Assembly: GCA_965209035.1 (NCBI GenBank)
Contig: OZ242372.1
Coordinates: forward strand, 288,001 to 352,000
Length of the DNA stretch: 64,000 bases
Direction of reading: 5' to 3'
DNA from: Gammaproteobacteria bacterium
GTDB lineage: Bacteria > Pseudomonadota > Gammaproteobacteria > CBDBNL01 > JAAOII01
Below are positions 52,993 through 62,079 of this stretch, piece after piece. The stretch's first letter is position 1. The number at the start of each line of letters is the position of its first letter. The translations under genes and the position numbers were made by a program. The notes below the pieces were generated by a model. The model searched no databases, had not been told where the DNA came from, and saw only the letters and a program-made list of their open reading frames with translations.

Positions 52993-53463
52993 TTTTGAAA
53001 GAGGATCTTTGCCACTCCCGCAAGAACCAACGCATTGCAAAGAGGGGCGGAAACCGCCGCGCGCTGCTGTTCGTTCAAGCCTTTAAGTATAACAGAATCT
53101 TGCATCATTTTTGAAAGAGGATCTTTGCCACTACCGCAAGAACCAACGCATTGCAAAGAGGGGCGGAAACCGCCGCGCGTTGCTGTTCGTTCAAGCCTTT
53201 AAGGATAGCAGAATCTTGCATCATTTTTGAAAGAGGATCTTTGCCACTCCCGCAAGAACCAACGCATTGCAAAGAGGGACGGAAACCGCCGCGCGTTGCT
53301 GTTCGTTCAAGCCTTTAAGCATAGCAGAATCTTGCATCATTTTTTAAAGAGGATCTTTGCCACTCCCGCAAGAACCAACGCATTGCAAAGAGGGGCGGAA
53401 ACCGCCGCACGCTGCTGTTCGTTCAAGCCTTTAAGCATAGCAGAATCTTGCATCATTTTTTAA
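52901..53463 (-). repeat. 116-bp tandem repeat, ~4.8 copies, of the uvrD 5' end; encodes four 39-aa mini-ORFs
   Basis: ATGATGCAAGATTCT at 53456, 53340, 53224, 53108, 52992 (period 116). Confidence 0.95.
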
Positions 53464-53717
53464 ATAACATTTAAAAGAATCCTTAAAAGAATCTCGGAAA
53501 GAGTTTTATAAAGATACTCTTTATCGCCACGCCCGGATACATGTCCGAACCCAAGCCCCTGCCCACACTATGTCCAAGACCCGGCTCACGCCATGCCCAT
53601 GCCTATGCCCATACACGCCCGACATCTTAACTTGCCTGTCGCCGGCATTCTCTCCACACGCCGGCGGTGTGTTTATGATTGCCGGGGTTTCCATCACAGT
53701 TGCCATTACAGTTGCCA

Positions 53718-54443
53718 TTACAATTTATAGCCCTCGCCCAGATAGGTGCGGCGCACTTGTTCGTTGTTGACAATACTTTGTGCGTCGCCTTGCGCGATAA
53801 TACGCCCTTCGCCGATGACATAGTTTTCGTCACAAAGCCCCAGCACATCCCGAACATTATGATCATTAATGAGAACCCCGATTCCCAACTTGGTTAAATT
53901 CATCGTCAGCCGCTTGATCTCATCCACAGAGATCGGGTCCACACCGGCAAAAGGCTCATCCAAAAGTGCGAACTTCGGCTTGGTGGCAAGAAGACGAGCA
54001 ATTTCGGTTCGGCGCCGCTCCCCGCCGGAAAGCAGTCTGCCCTTGCCATGGCGAATCCTTTCCAACGAGAACTCCGCCAACAAGCGTTCGGTCTCTTCTT
54101 TCTGTGAGTGCGCATCCAGATCCGCCCGAAATTCCAAGGCGGCGCTAATGTTCTCTTCTACCGTCAGGTCGCGAAAAACGGAGTTCCCCTGCGGCAAGTA
54201 CCCCAAACCCAGCCGCCCGCGTTTGTTCATCGGCATTCGGGTGATGTCCCGTTCGTCCATCAGAATGCTGCCGCCGTCCGCCCGGATCAAACCAATCAAA
54301 ATATAAAAGAGAGTGGTCTTGCCGGAACCGTTGGGTCCCAAAAGTCCTACTAATTTGCCGGTATCCACTCGCAAACTAATCCCCCGCAAGATTTCTTTTT
54401 TACCGTAACTTTTTACGATGTCCCGAACCAAAAGAGAACTCAT
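53718..54443 (-). CDS. lptB: LPS export ABC transporter ATPase LptB
   Basis: GLLGPNGSGKTTLFY, GYLPQ..SVFR.L, LSGGERRRTEIAR, LLDEPFAGVDPISV, YLGE. Confidence 0.96.
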   Translation of the reverse strand: MSSLLVRDIVKSYGKKEILRGISLRVDTGKLVGLLGPNGSGKTTLFYILIGLIRADGGSILMDERDITRMPMNKRGRLGLGYLPQGNSVFRDLTVEENISAALEFRADLDAHSQKEETERLLAEFSLERIRHGKGRLLSGGERRRTEIARLLATKPKFALLDEPFAGVDPISVDEIKRLTMNLTKLGIGVLINDHNVRDVLGLCDENYVIGEGRIIAQGDAQSIVNNEQVRRTYLGEGYKL

Positions 54444-55939
54444 CTGTCCCGCTGTTGCGACTCCTTGGGAATTAAAATGTGCACGCGCGTGTCTTTTGGT
54501 GTTTGGTCGCTTTCCGCCGCAGCCGGGTCTTTCGCATCCCCCGTCTCGCCCGTCCCTCCCGACAACCGAAAAGTATCTTCTTTGATATCGTAAAACAATG
54601 TTTCGCCGGTTGCTTGCTTGCCGTCTTGATCCAAAAAAGCATTGCCGGATAATTGTAAGGTCTGCTCGACAACATCATAAAAAATACTATCCGCTCTCGC
54701 CAAGAGTTGCTTGTCCGGGGTGTCCGGAGTGCCCGGTTTGCCCGGCTGTTCATTCAACACAAAAGCGGGCGAACCCGACGAACCCAACAGTAGAATCTTG
54801 TTGTTGTCTTCAATATGCATCTGCCGGCCCTCCCCGCTCAATTTTGTTTCGGTATTTCCCGCTCCTTCGCCGGCACTTATTGAGGTGAATCTTAGAGGTG
54901 TGCCAAAGACTTGCATTTCTTCGCGATTGCCGGGGTTGCCGGCTGCCCCGTCACCGCCAACCGGGGCAGAAGCAGTGTGTAAAACATAATGCAGGTCTGT
55001 CCCGGTGCCGCTGATGGTTGTCGCACCCGGATAGATGTATGTAACCGGATTGCCCGAGGCGTGAAATACACGGATGCCGGTTTCATCACTCCATTTCGTT
55101 GTCAAAGTATCGCCTTGCACCTGCATACCATCTTGCTTCAAAGTAAAAGAGTTGGTGAAGTTTGCCTGCCCCTCATAAGGACGCACCTCACTTTCCCCTG
55201 CGGTGATGCTCCCGCCATTTTGCAAGTCTGTCCCGGTGCCGCTGATGGTTGTGGTTGCCGCACCCGGGTAGATGTATGTGACCGGATTGCCCGAGGCGTG
55301 AAACACATGGATGCCGGTTGCATCACTCCATTTCGTTGTCAAAGTATCGCCTTGCACCTGCATACCATCTTGCTTCAAAGTAAAAGAGTTGGTGAAGTTT
55401 GCCTGCCCCTCATAAGGACGCACCTCACTTTCCCCTGCGACGATACTCCCGCCGGTTACCAAATTTTGCAGAACCACTGTGTCTTTAAGGAATATTCGGT
55501 TTGCCGAACCGCTCATTTGCTCCGCTGCCAAACGCACCCAAGCGTCCGGCTTCTGCCCGAGGACTTCTGCAAATATGTTCCCGGTGCCTACCGATAATTT
55601 CGGCAGGGTTTCGGCACTTGTCGTCAATGAAACAGATGAGACAGATGAGGCATTCGCATTGGCACCCTTAAATAAAAATAATTCCGGTGTTCGGGCTTCC
55701 AGTTGGCCGGAAGGAGAAACCGTCCCCTCCGCAAAGGTTAATCGGTAAAAAGGAGTTCCGTTGCGGAAATGGGTTTGTGTGGCATCTCGCAAAAAAAGAA
55801 ACGACCCGGTATCCGCGGTTTCCGGTCTCGCCGGCAAAAGAAAATCGTCTTTTACAAGATTCAAACTTCCCCAAACAGCAACCACCAAAAGAATCGGCAT
55901 GAAGTTGGCAAGGAGATAGCGGAAAAAGTTTTTCATCAT
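54440..55939 (-). CDS. LptC/LptA-like fused beta-jellyroll protein with internal 79-aa duplication
   Basis: N-terminal TM anchor (LptC-like); ASGNPVTY and ARADSIFYD...LQLSGNAFLDQ...GETLFYD...RVHILIP (LptA/OstA-like); ATGA overlap with lptB. Confidence 0.72.
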   Translation of the reverse strand: MMKNFFRYLLANFMPILLVVAVWGSLNLVKDDFLLPARPETADTGSFLFLRDATQTHFRNGTPFYRLTFAEGTVSPSGQLEARTPELFLFKGANANASSVSSVSLTTSAETLPKLSVGTGNIFAEVLGQKPDAWVRLAAEQMSGSANRIFLKDTVVLQNLVTGGSIVAGESEVRPYEGQANFTNSFTLKQDGMQVQGDTLTTKWSDATGIHVFHASGNPVTYIYPGAATTTISGTGTDLQNGGSITAGESEVRPYEGQANFTNSFTLKQDGMQVQGDTLTTKWSDETGIRVFHASGNPVTYIYPGATTISGTGTDLHYVLHTASAPVGGDGAAGNPGNREEMQVFGTPLRFTSISAGEGAGNTETKLSGEGRQMHIEDNNKILLLGSSGSPAFVLNEQPGKPGTPDTPDKQLLARADSIFYDVVEQTLQLSGNAFLDQDGKQATGETLFYDIKEDTFRLSGGTGETGDAKDPAAAESDQTPKDTRVHILIPKESQQRDR

Positions 55940-56046
55940 TAATAGTAATTGCGGGCTTACTGAGGGCTTACTGCGGTTCGGTTTCGGTTGGGTTCTATTG
56001 GCTGGGGTCGGCTTCTATTGGCTGAGGTATTAACTGAGGTCGGGTA

Positions 56047-57927
56047 TCAATCATTATAGCCGTTGGTAATCGGATACCGCCGGTCGCGCCCGTAAGAACG
56101 CAAACTGATGCGCGTTCCCACCGCCGCCTGAAATCTTTTGTGTTCGGCAAAACGAACCATTCGGATCACCCTGCGGACTGTGTCTTTGTCATAACCGCAG
56201 GCGAGAATCTCCTTATCCGCTAAACCCTCTTCCAGATGTTTCCGCAGAATGCCATCCAAAATATCATAGGGCGGAAGTTGGTCGCTGTCCTTCTGCCCGC
56301 CGTATAATTCGGCGGAAGGTTCCCGGTCAATGACAAAGTTAGGAATGACCTTGCCGATTGCATTACGAAACCTCGCCAGCGCATACACATCGGTCTTAAA
56401 GACATCTATTAAAGGACAGAACCCGCCCGCCATATCTCCGTAAAGCGTGGAATAGCCAACCGCAAACTCGCTCTTATTACCGGTTGCCAATAGCAAGGCA
56501 TCTTCCCGGTTTGCCCAGGTCATTAACATCAGGGCGCGACTGCGTGCCTGGATGTTTTGCAAGGTCGTTCCGCTGTCGGTCTCATCCTTCAAAAACTCCG
56601 ACATCGTCCCGCGCAAGGCCTCGGTCACAGAGCCTATGGGAAACTCCCGGGACTCCGCTCCCAAAAGTGCAACCTGCTCTTGGGCGTAACGCAAACTCTC
56701 CGATGAGGTATATTGACTCGGCAAAAGAAGAGCCGTCACCTTGTCCGCCCCCAGAGCATCCGCGGCAATACACAATGTCAAAGCCGAATCTATGCCGCCG
56801 GAAAGCCCCAGCACCGCTCGCTTAAATTTGTTCTTGCGATGGTAATCCGCCAGCCCCAGCGTAAGGGCATCGTAAACCTCCGCCAGATCGGCAGACCCTG
56901 TCTCGTCCGTTTTCGGTACTTTTTTAATGTGATCTTTCGCGGAACCTGTGCTCGGCTTGGGGTCGCCTGTTTTATCCAAGTCGGTTACCAAAAGACCCTC
57001 CTGCATACCCAAGGCAAACAAAGAAGATACCACCTTTCCGTTTTTGTCGCAAACAAAAGAGTTGCCGTCAAAAACAAGACCGTCCTGCCCGCCACAGGCG
57101 TTGATATACGAAACGGGTAATCCAAATTCTTTGGCTCTTTCTTGCACCAATCTGTGCCGAGTAGCCAACTGCCCTCTGTGATAGGGAGAAGCATTAATGG
57201 TGATCACATGCTGGGCCCCGGCTGCCCGGCAGGCTGCCATAGGTTCGGGCCGCCATAGATCTTCACAAATCAGAAGTCCGAAGCAAATTCCATCCAAAAC
57301 AAAGACCGCAGATTCCGTGCCCGGAATGAAATAGCGTTTTTCGTCAAACACCGAGTAGTTCGGCAAGGTTTGTTTCGCATAAGCGGCGAGTCTGCGCTCG
57401 CCGAAAAAAACATCCGCCTGATTTGTGGCAATCGGCGCGGTGCAGGTTCCGGCGGCTTCTCGCCAATCTTGTTCTGTTTGTTCTGTTTGTTTTGTTTGGT
57501 GTTCAGGTTGCTCCGATTGCCCTGCTTGTTTTGCTGGTTTTGTTTGTTCTGTTTGTTCTGTTTGTTCTGTTTGTTCTGTTTGCCTCGGTTGCCCTGCTTG
57601 TTTTGTTTGGTGTTCGGGTTGCTTTGTTTGTTTTGTTTGGTGTTCAGGTTGCTTTGCTTGATGCCCCGGAAAACCCGGATACCCGATGACAACCGCCAGG
57701 TCGGGCAGCTGTCGAATCAGCCTGTCCCGCACAAGTTGACAGTCTGTGATGAATTGTTTGTCCAGCCAGAGATCCTGTGCCGGATAACCGCACAGGCTCA
57801 TTTCCGGCAGCACCAGCAGATCGGCACGATGTTCGTCCTTTGCTTTGTGAGCCAACTCCAAGATGCGGTTGGCATTGTCATTTAAAGCACCAACCGTTGC
57901 ATTGAACTGCCCCAAGGCTATGCGCAT
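56047..57927 (-). CDS. nadE: Glutamine-dependent NAD+ synthetase with Gln-rich repeat insertion
   Basis: Nitrilase domain (PEMSLCGYP, KQTLPNYSVFDEKRYF, ICEDLW) and synthetase domain (GLSGGIDSA, NIQAR, TGNKSE.AVGY.TLYGD). Confidence 0.96.
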   Translation of the reverse strand: MRIALGQFNATVGALNDNANRILELAHKAKDEHRADLLVLPEMSLCGYPAQDLWLDKQFITDCQLVRDRLIRQLPDLAVVIGYPGFPGHQAKQPEHQTKQTKQPEHQTKQAGQPRQTEQTEQTEQTEQTKPAKQAGQSEQPEHQTKQTEQTEQDWREAAGTCTAPIATNQADVFFGERRLAAYAKQTLPNYSVFDEKRYFIPGTESAVFVLDGICFGLLICEDLWRPEPMAACRAAGAQHVITINASPYHRGQLATRHRLVQERAKEFGLPVSYINACGGQDGLVFDGNSFVCDKNGKVVSSLFALGMQEGLLVTDLDKTGDPKPSTGSAKDHIKKVPKTDETGSADLAEVYDALTLGLADYHRKNKFKRAVLGLSGGIDSALTLCIAADALGADKVTALLLPSQYTSSESLRYAQEQVALLGAESREFPIGSVTEALRGTMSEFLKDETDSGTTLQNIQARSRALMLMTWANREDALLLATGNKSEFAVGYSTLYGDMAGGFCPLIDVFKTDVYALARFRNAIGKVIPNFVIDREPSAELYGGQKDSDQLPPYDILDGILRKHLEEGLADKEILACGYDKDTVRRVIRMVRFAEHKRFQAAVGTRISLRSYGRDRRYPITNGYND

Positions 57928-58025
57928 CGGTAAAGGGCCTTTATTAGGACCGGGTGATCAGGAATATAATGATGAGTAAAAAATCTTTGGCTTATTTTTG
58001 TGCCAACTCGTTCGGAAATACCAAA

Positions 58026-58583
58026 TTAACGCCAGCCGCCGCCAATCGTCACACGCCACTCATCAATCGCATAGGATGTGCCGATATAAAAACCGCGCAG
58101 CAAAAACCCAACTCCCAGATCCAGACTGTTTTTGCCGCCAAGGTTTCTTTCCGGGGATACATAACGAAATCCATCCTCGTTAAGACTCTCTTGATATTCT
58201 CGAGAAGTGTCCTCATAGTAGGCATAACCGAACTGCACACTAAAAAACGAACGCTCACCAATCGGAAGCGCATAGGCAGGACCTAGTGCCAGATAGTTAC
58301 GCTCCGTATACTCCCGGATAGGTGCCTCTAGCAAATTTGCTGCAAAAACGAGCTCTTCACTATTTCTCCCGCGCGGTTGCCGTCCGGATACGCGACCCGA
58401 CCCCAACGCAACATAACCGCCCCAGCCGTCACCACCATGCCCTTGAAACTGCAAGCCCTGAACTTCAGAATCCGGCGCGCGAAAGTAACCGACAGACCAA
58501 GCAAATCCTTCCGCCCTTGCTTCGGTCGCAATGAGTGAACTCAGAGAAGTAAGGACAAGGATTCCAAAAAAGAATTTTTTCAT
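58026..58583 (-). CDS. Putative small outer-membrane beta-barrel protein
   Basis: Signal peptide MKKFFF...ARA from ATG 58583; G/Y-rich alternating strands; ends WRVTIGGGWR. Confidence 0.6.
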   Translation of the reverse strand: MKKFFFGILVLTSLSSLIATEARAEGFAWSVGYFRAPDSEVQGLQFQGHGGDGWGGYVALGSGRVSGRQPRGRNSEELVFAANLLEAPIREYTERNYLALGPAYALPIGERSFFSVQFGYAYYEDTSREYQESLNEDGFRYVSPERNLGGKNSLDLGVGFLLRGFYIGTSYAIDEWRVTIGGGWR

Positions 58584-58721
58584 AATCAAATATTTAAAGT
58601 AGTAAAAAAACAAAGTTGTTAACTCTATTTTATTGACAAACCTTCCTCTCGCAACCGATTTTAAGAAAGGTTTGGAAAGCAAACCAAAAAATACGGCCGG
58701 TCTTCGTCTTCCCCTTCACCA

Positions 58722-58790
58722 CTAATCGGCAACACGAAAACCACTCGCCAAAAGTAACCGGGCCATCAACAGACAGACAATATGATGCAA
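58722..58790 (-). other. Displaced second copy of the rhomboid gene 3' end (att-like scar)
   Basis: Reads LHHIVC-LLMARLLLASGFRVAD* versus LHHIVGAVAGLLMARLLLASGFRAAR* at 61463-61543. Confidence 0.85.
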
Positions 58791-58856
58791 CCAGCATTAA
58801 GTTAGACCTTCGGGGTCCTTGTGTATAATATCGATAAATTCATTTGAAACGATACT

Positions 58857-60545
58857 ATGACAAGCATTTACACACCAGAACCATTATCTGTAGAAGCGGT
58901 ATTTCAAGATACTGGGAACTTTTATGAGGTTCCTATTTATCAACGCCCATATAGTTGGGGCGAAGAAGAAGTCAATGAATTATGGGATGACTTGTCTCAA
59001 GCCAGTGATTCATCCGCGGAGGAATACTTCTTGGGTTCGCTCATAGTGGTGCGAAATAATAAGGATGATCCTTATCAAGTAATAGACGGTCAGCAAAGGC
59101 TTGTTACCCTCACCCTACTATTTTGTGCTATTCGAGATTTCAGTGATATAAAAGAAGATGGCTTATTAGAAGACATTAGGGACTGTATTAAGAAAAGGGC
59201 CAAGGAACGCGTTATATTACATTCAAGAAGTGATGAGCACATAAAATTCAATGAGGTTTTACAGGGGCTTGACCGGGATAAACTAAAAGAATACAGAAAA
59301 GGGAATAATCTCTTTTTTGATAATGTTCGTATCTTTTGTGAAAAAATAGATAAATTAAAAGAAGACGGAGGGGAAGAAGCACTGCAAAAATTTATAGATT
59401 ATGTTTTCACGCAAGTAACCTTTATACGCATAACTTGCTCGGATCTGGCATCATCCATCCGATTATTCAGAACCATAAACGCACGCGGTTTGGACTTAAC
59501 TCCTGCAGATCTGGTTCGCAGTTTTTTGATGGGGTTACCGGATGTCGAAAGGCATCACCACGCATTGGATAGCACATGGAAAGAAATAGAAGAAGAGGCA
59601 AAACGGATGGGGAAGCATAATATAGTGAATGTTTTAACTTATTACGCATATTTTAAAAGACCAGATACCACACGGAAAGAATTGTACGAGGAAATAGCAA
59701 AACATTGCAAGGATCTGCGGGGGGATCAAGTGTTGGTGTTTCTAAGCGATATTCAAAAATTTTGGCATGGTTATGAAAAAGCGTATACCCAAAGTAACAG
59801 CATACCTCGGCAAATCATTGACTCACTGACCTGGTTACCCCATAATCCCTACTGGCGAACTCTTCTATGCACAGTTGTTTATCAAGGTTGGACGGGAGAA
59901 GATATCTTAAAGATGCTAAGGGAAATACAGAAATTTTTTTATATGTTCTGGATTGCCGGATACACGAGCGGGACAATTAAAGGCTATTCACATGCAGCTG
60001 TAAGAAAAATTAAAGAGGGAGATGATCTCTCTTCATTAAAACAATTTTTCCAAGAAAAAATAGAAGAAAAAAATGTTATTCAGCGTTGTCAAGAAGCCTT
60101 AGGGGATAATGTCTATGGGAAAAGATGGCTTAAACCTCTTTTTGGCATTTTGGATCAGCAATTGGTAGAGCCGGATTCTTCCAAAAAAATAGAACTAATT
60201 CCCGATGATGCATGGGTAGAGCATATTCTCTCTCAAACACCAGGAGCAAACAATCCCTTTGAAGGGGGGCAAGAAGGATGGGATAAAGTGATGCATAAAC
60301 TGCCCAATCTAACTCCCCTATCGGGCAAGAAAAACATAAGGGCGAGCAGCCGGGATTACTCTGAAAAAATAAAAATCTACTCAGGAGAATCGGATGGTAA
60401 AGTAACCCCATGGAGATTAACAGAAAAAGTCGCTGCGGACTACGACAAATGGACCAAAGCAGAGTTTAATGACAGAGCCGAAAAACTTGCGAAAAGTATC
60501 AACGAGGTTTTTGACGAACCGATCTACAAACCGGAACCGAATTAA
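58857..60545 (+). CDS. DUF262 + DUF1524 (GmrSD/SspE-like) putative modification-dependent nuclease
   Basis: VPIYQRPYSW, VIDGQQR, FRTINARG (DUF262); VEHILSQ...NLTPLS.KKNIRAS (HNH-like); AT-rich. Confidence 0.88.
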   Translation: MTSIYTPEPLSVEAVFQDTGNFYEVPIYQRPYSWGEEEVNELWDDLSQASDSSAEEYFLGSLIVVRNNKDDPYQVIDGQQRLVTLTLLFCAIRDFSDIKEDGLLEDIRDCIKKRAKERVILHSRSDEHIKFNEVLQGLDRDKLKEYRKGNNLFFDNVRIFCEKIDKLKEDGGEEALQKFIDYVFTQVTFIRITCSDLASSIRLFRTINARGLDLTPADLVRSFLMGLPDVERHHHALDSTWKEIEEEAKRMGKHNIVNVLTYYAYFKRPDTTRKELYEEIAKHCKDLRGDQVLVFLSDIQKFWHGYEKAYTQSNSIPRQIIDSLTWLPHNPYWRTLLCTVVYQGWTGEDILKMLREIQKFFYMFWIAGYTSGTIKGYSHAAVRKIKEGDDLSSLKQFFQEKIEEKNVIQRCQEALGDNVYGKRWLKPLFGILDQQLVEPDSSKKIELIPDDAWVEHILSQTPGANNPFEGGQEGWDKVMHKLPNLTPLSGKKNIRASSRDYSEKIKIYSGESDGKVTPWRLTEKVAADYDKWTKAEFNDRAEKLAKSINEVFDEPIYKPEPN

Positions 60546-60580
60546 ACTCTTTCTTTAAATCACCCAGCCCGATTTGAACT

Positions 60581-61033
60581 ATGGAATCCGGATCAGATCA
60601 ACTACCGGGACCAACAAAAAGAATCATGCCAAACCCAAGTCGCCGGAAGCATCGATTTCAACATTTTGAAAAATCTTTTCAAGTTTTATCGCGAATGATA
60701 GATCTATATGATGCTAACCCGGAAGATGAAGTCTACCGGTTGGCAATGATTCGGTCTTTTAAGATGACCTATGAACTGTCTTGGAAAACAATGCAAAACC
60801 ATTTGGAACAAGAGGGGATTAATCAATCCACTCCAAGAAGTGTCATCCGGGCGGCATATCAAGCGGGCATTATTAAAGAAGGCGAAGAATGGTTAAATAC
60901 CATAGAATTTCGTAATCTGACATCTCATGCCTATGAAGAAGAAATATCACAAAAGATAATACAGTTTATTAATAACACTTTTTATGCTCTTGCCCGGGAT
61001 CTTTACCGGCAACTTCTTAAGAAGGAATTATGA
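60581..61033 (+). CDS. HEPN toxin (HI0074-like nucleotidyltransferase substrate-binding family)
   Basis: F..TYELSWK.M, PRSVIR.A, RNLTSHAY (Rx4H followed by Tyr); start may be 60626. Confidence 0.88.
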   Translation: MESGSDQLPGPTKRIMPNPSRRKHRFQHFEKSFQVLSRMIDLYDANPEDEVYRLAMIRSFKMTYELSWKTMQNHLEQEGINQSTPRSVIRAAYQAGIIKEGEEWLNTIEFRNLTSHAYEEEISQKIIQFINNTFYALARDLYRQLLKKEL

Positions 61034-61335
61034 GATACGGACTTTCTGATGAACAACTAAAAAAGATATCCGCTATTCTTTCCAAACATCCTGCGATTGA
61101 AAAAGCCCTGCTCTTTGGATCGCGTGCTATGGGGAATTACAAAAAGGCGTCGGATGTAGATATTGCCGTAGTCGGCAAGGGTATAAACTTTTTGCAGACT
61201 GCATCCATCAAGAACGATCTGGAAAAGACGAATATCCCCTTCTTTTTTGATGTTTTATCCTATGACAATCTCAATTCCCAAGAAGTCCGAGAGAATATTG
61301 ACGAATACGGCAAGGTCATCTATCGGAAAATCTGA
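61030..61335 (+). CDS. Minimal nucleotidyltransferase (MNT) antitoxin
   Basis: LFGSRAMGNYKKASDVDIAV (GSx10DxD); ATGA overlap with the HEPN gene. Confidence 0.9.
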   Translation: MRYGLSDEQLKKISAILSKHPAIEKALLFGSRAMGNYKKASDVDIAVVGKGINFLQTASIKNDLEKTNIPFFFDVLSYDNLNSQEVRENIDEYGKVIYRKI

Positions 61336-61462
61336 CATCGATTGTTCGATTGAGCAAGTGAGGCCGGGCGATACCGGGCGATACCGGATAAGACAGCCAA
61401 AATTCAAATGGGACAACGTTAACCTCCGACAACTTCCGTCATCCTCGACTGCGGTCGGTCAA

Positions 61463-62077
61463 TTAACGAGCAGCACGAAAACCGCTCGCCAGAAGTAACC
61501 GTGCCATTAACAGGCCGGCAACCGCCCCGACAATATGATGCAAGGAAGATGTTTGCGGAACGAAAATATCAATCACAAACTGCAGCACGAAGATGATTGC
61601 CAACTGGCGGGCAAATACCAGAGCAACCGGGTTGCGATTTTTGCGCCATAGTTGCCACATTAAATATGCGGATGCCGACATGATGCCAAGGATGGAAGCC
61701 GAAGCCCCTATGGCACAGTAGGAAATGATGTTGGTCCAATAGGCGAATGCAAGAGCAATCAGGTTGGCGACAACACCGGCGGCAAGGTAAATGAGAATGA
61801 AACGCCACTTGCCCCAAAAGCGTTCGGCATAGGAGCCAAAAATTAAAAGTGCCACACTATTAAATACCAAATGGGAGAAACTGTAATGCATGAATATGGA
61901 ACTGGCTAGCCGCCAATATTCCTTTTCCACAACAACACCAAAGAGCGACAAACCGCCAAAACAAAAACTTTTTGACGGGAGAGAGAAAAACTGCGCGACA
62001 AGATAAACCGCCAGATTGATCAAGAGGATGCTGATCATCACGGGGTTGCTCCGTAAATTGACGGTGACGGGAAACAT
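61463..62077 (-). CDS. Rhomboid-family intramembrane serine protease
   Basis: EYWRL..SIFMH...HLVFN, IGASA (GxSx), LHHIVG (catalytic His). Confidence 0.9.
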   Translation of the reverse strand: MFPVTVNLRSNPVMISILLINLAVYLVAQFFSLPSKSFCFGGLSLFGVVVEKEYWRLASSIFMHYSFSHLVFNSVALLIFGSYAERFWGKWRFILIYLAAGVVANLIALAFAYWTNIISYCAIGASASILGIMSASAYLMWQLWRKNRNPVALVFARQLAIIFVLQFVIDIFVPQTSSLHHIVGAVAGLLMARLLLASGFRAAR

Positions 62078-62079
62078 TA

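Noticed and set aside
52993-53040. Tracked N-terminal extension of UvrD (MQCVGSCGSGKDPLSK)
   Set aside because: Off-frame reading of the adjacent repeat unit; homology starts at ATG 52992
52901-53463. CRISPR array
   Set aside because: No unique spacers; the whole 116-bp unit is repeated and derives from uvrD; no cas genes in the window
53227-53897. Small tracked ORFs between uvrD and lptB
   Set aside because: Arise from repeat antisense frames and 12-bp stutters; no recognisable coding signal
57370-57885. Cys/Phe/Leu-rich ORFs (CLFCLF..., VCSVCS...)
   Set aside because: Antisense translations of the NadE repeat insertion
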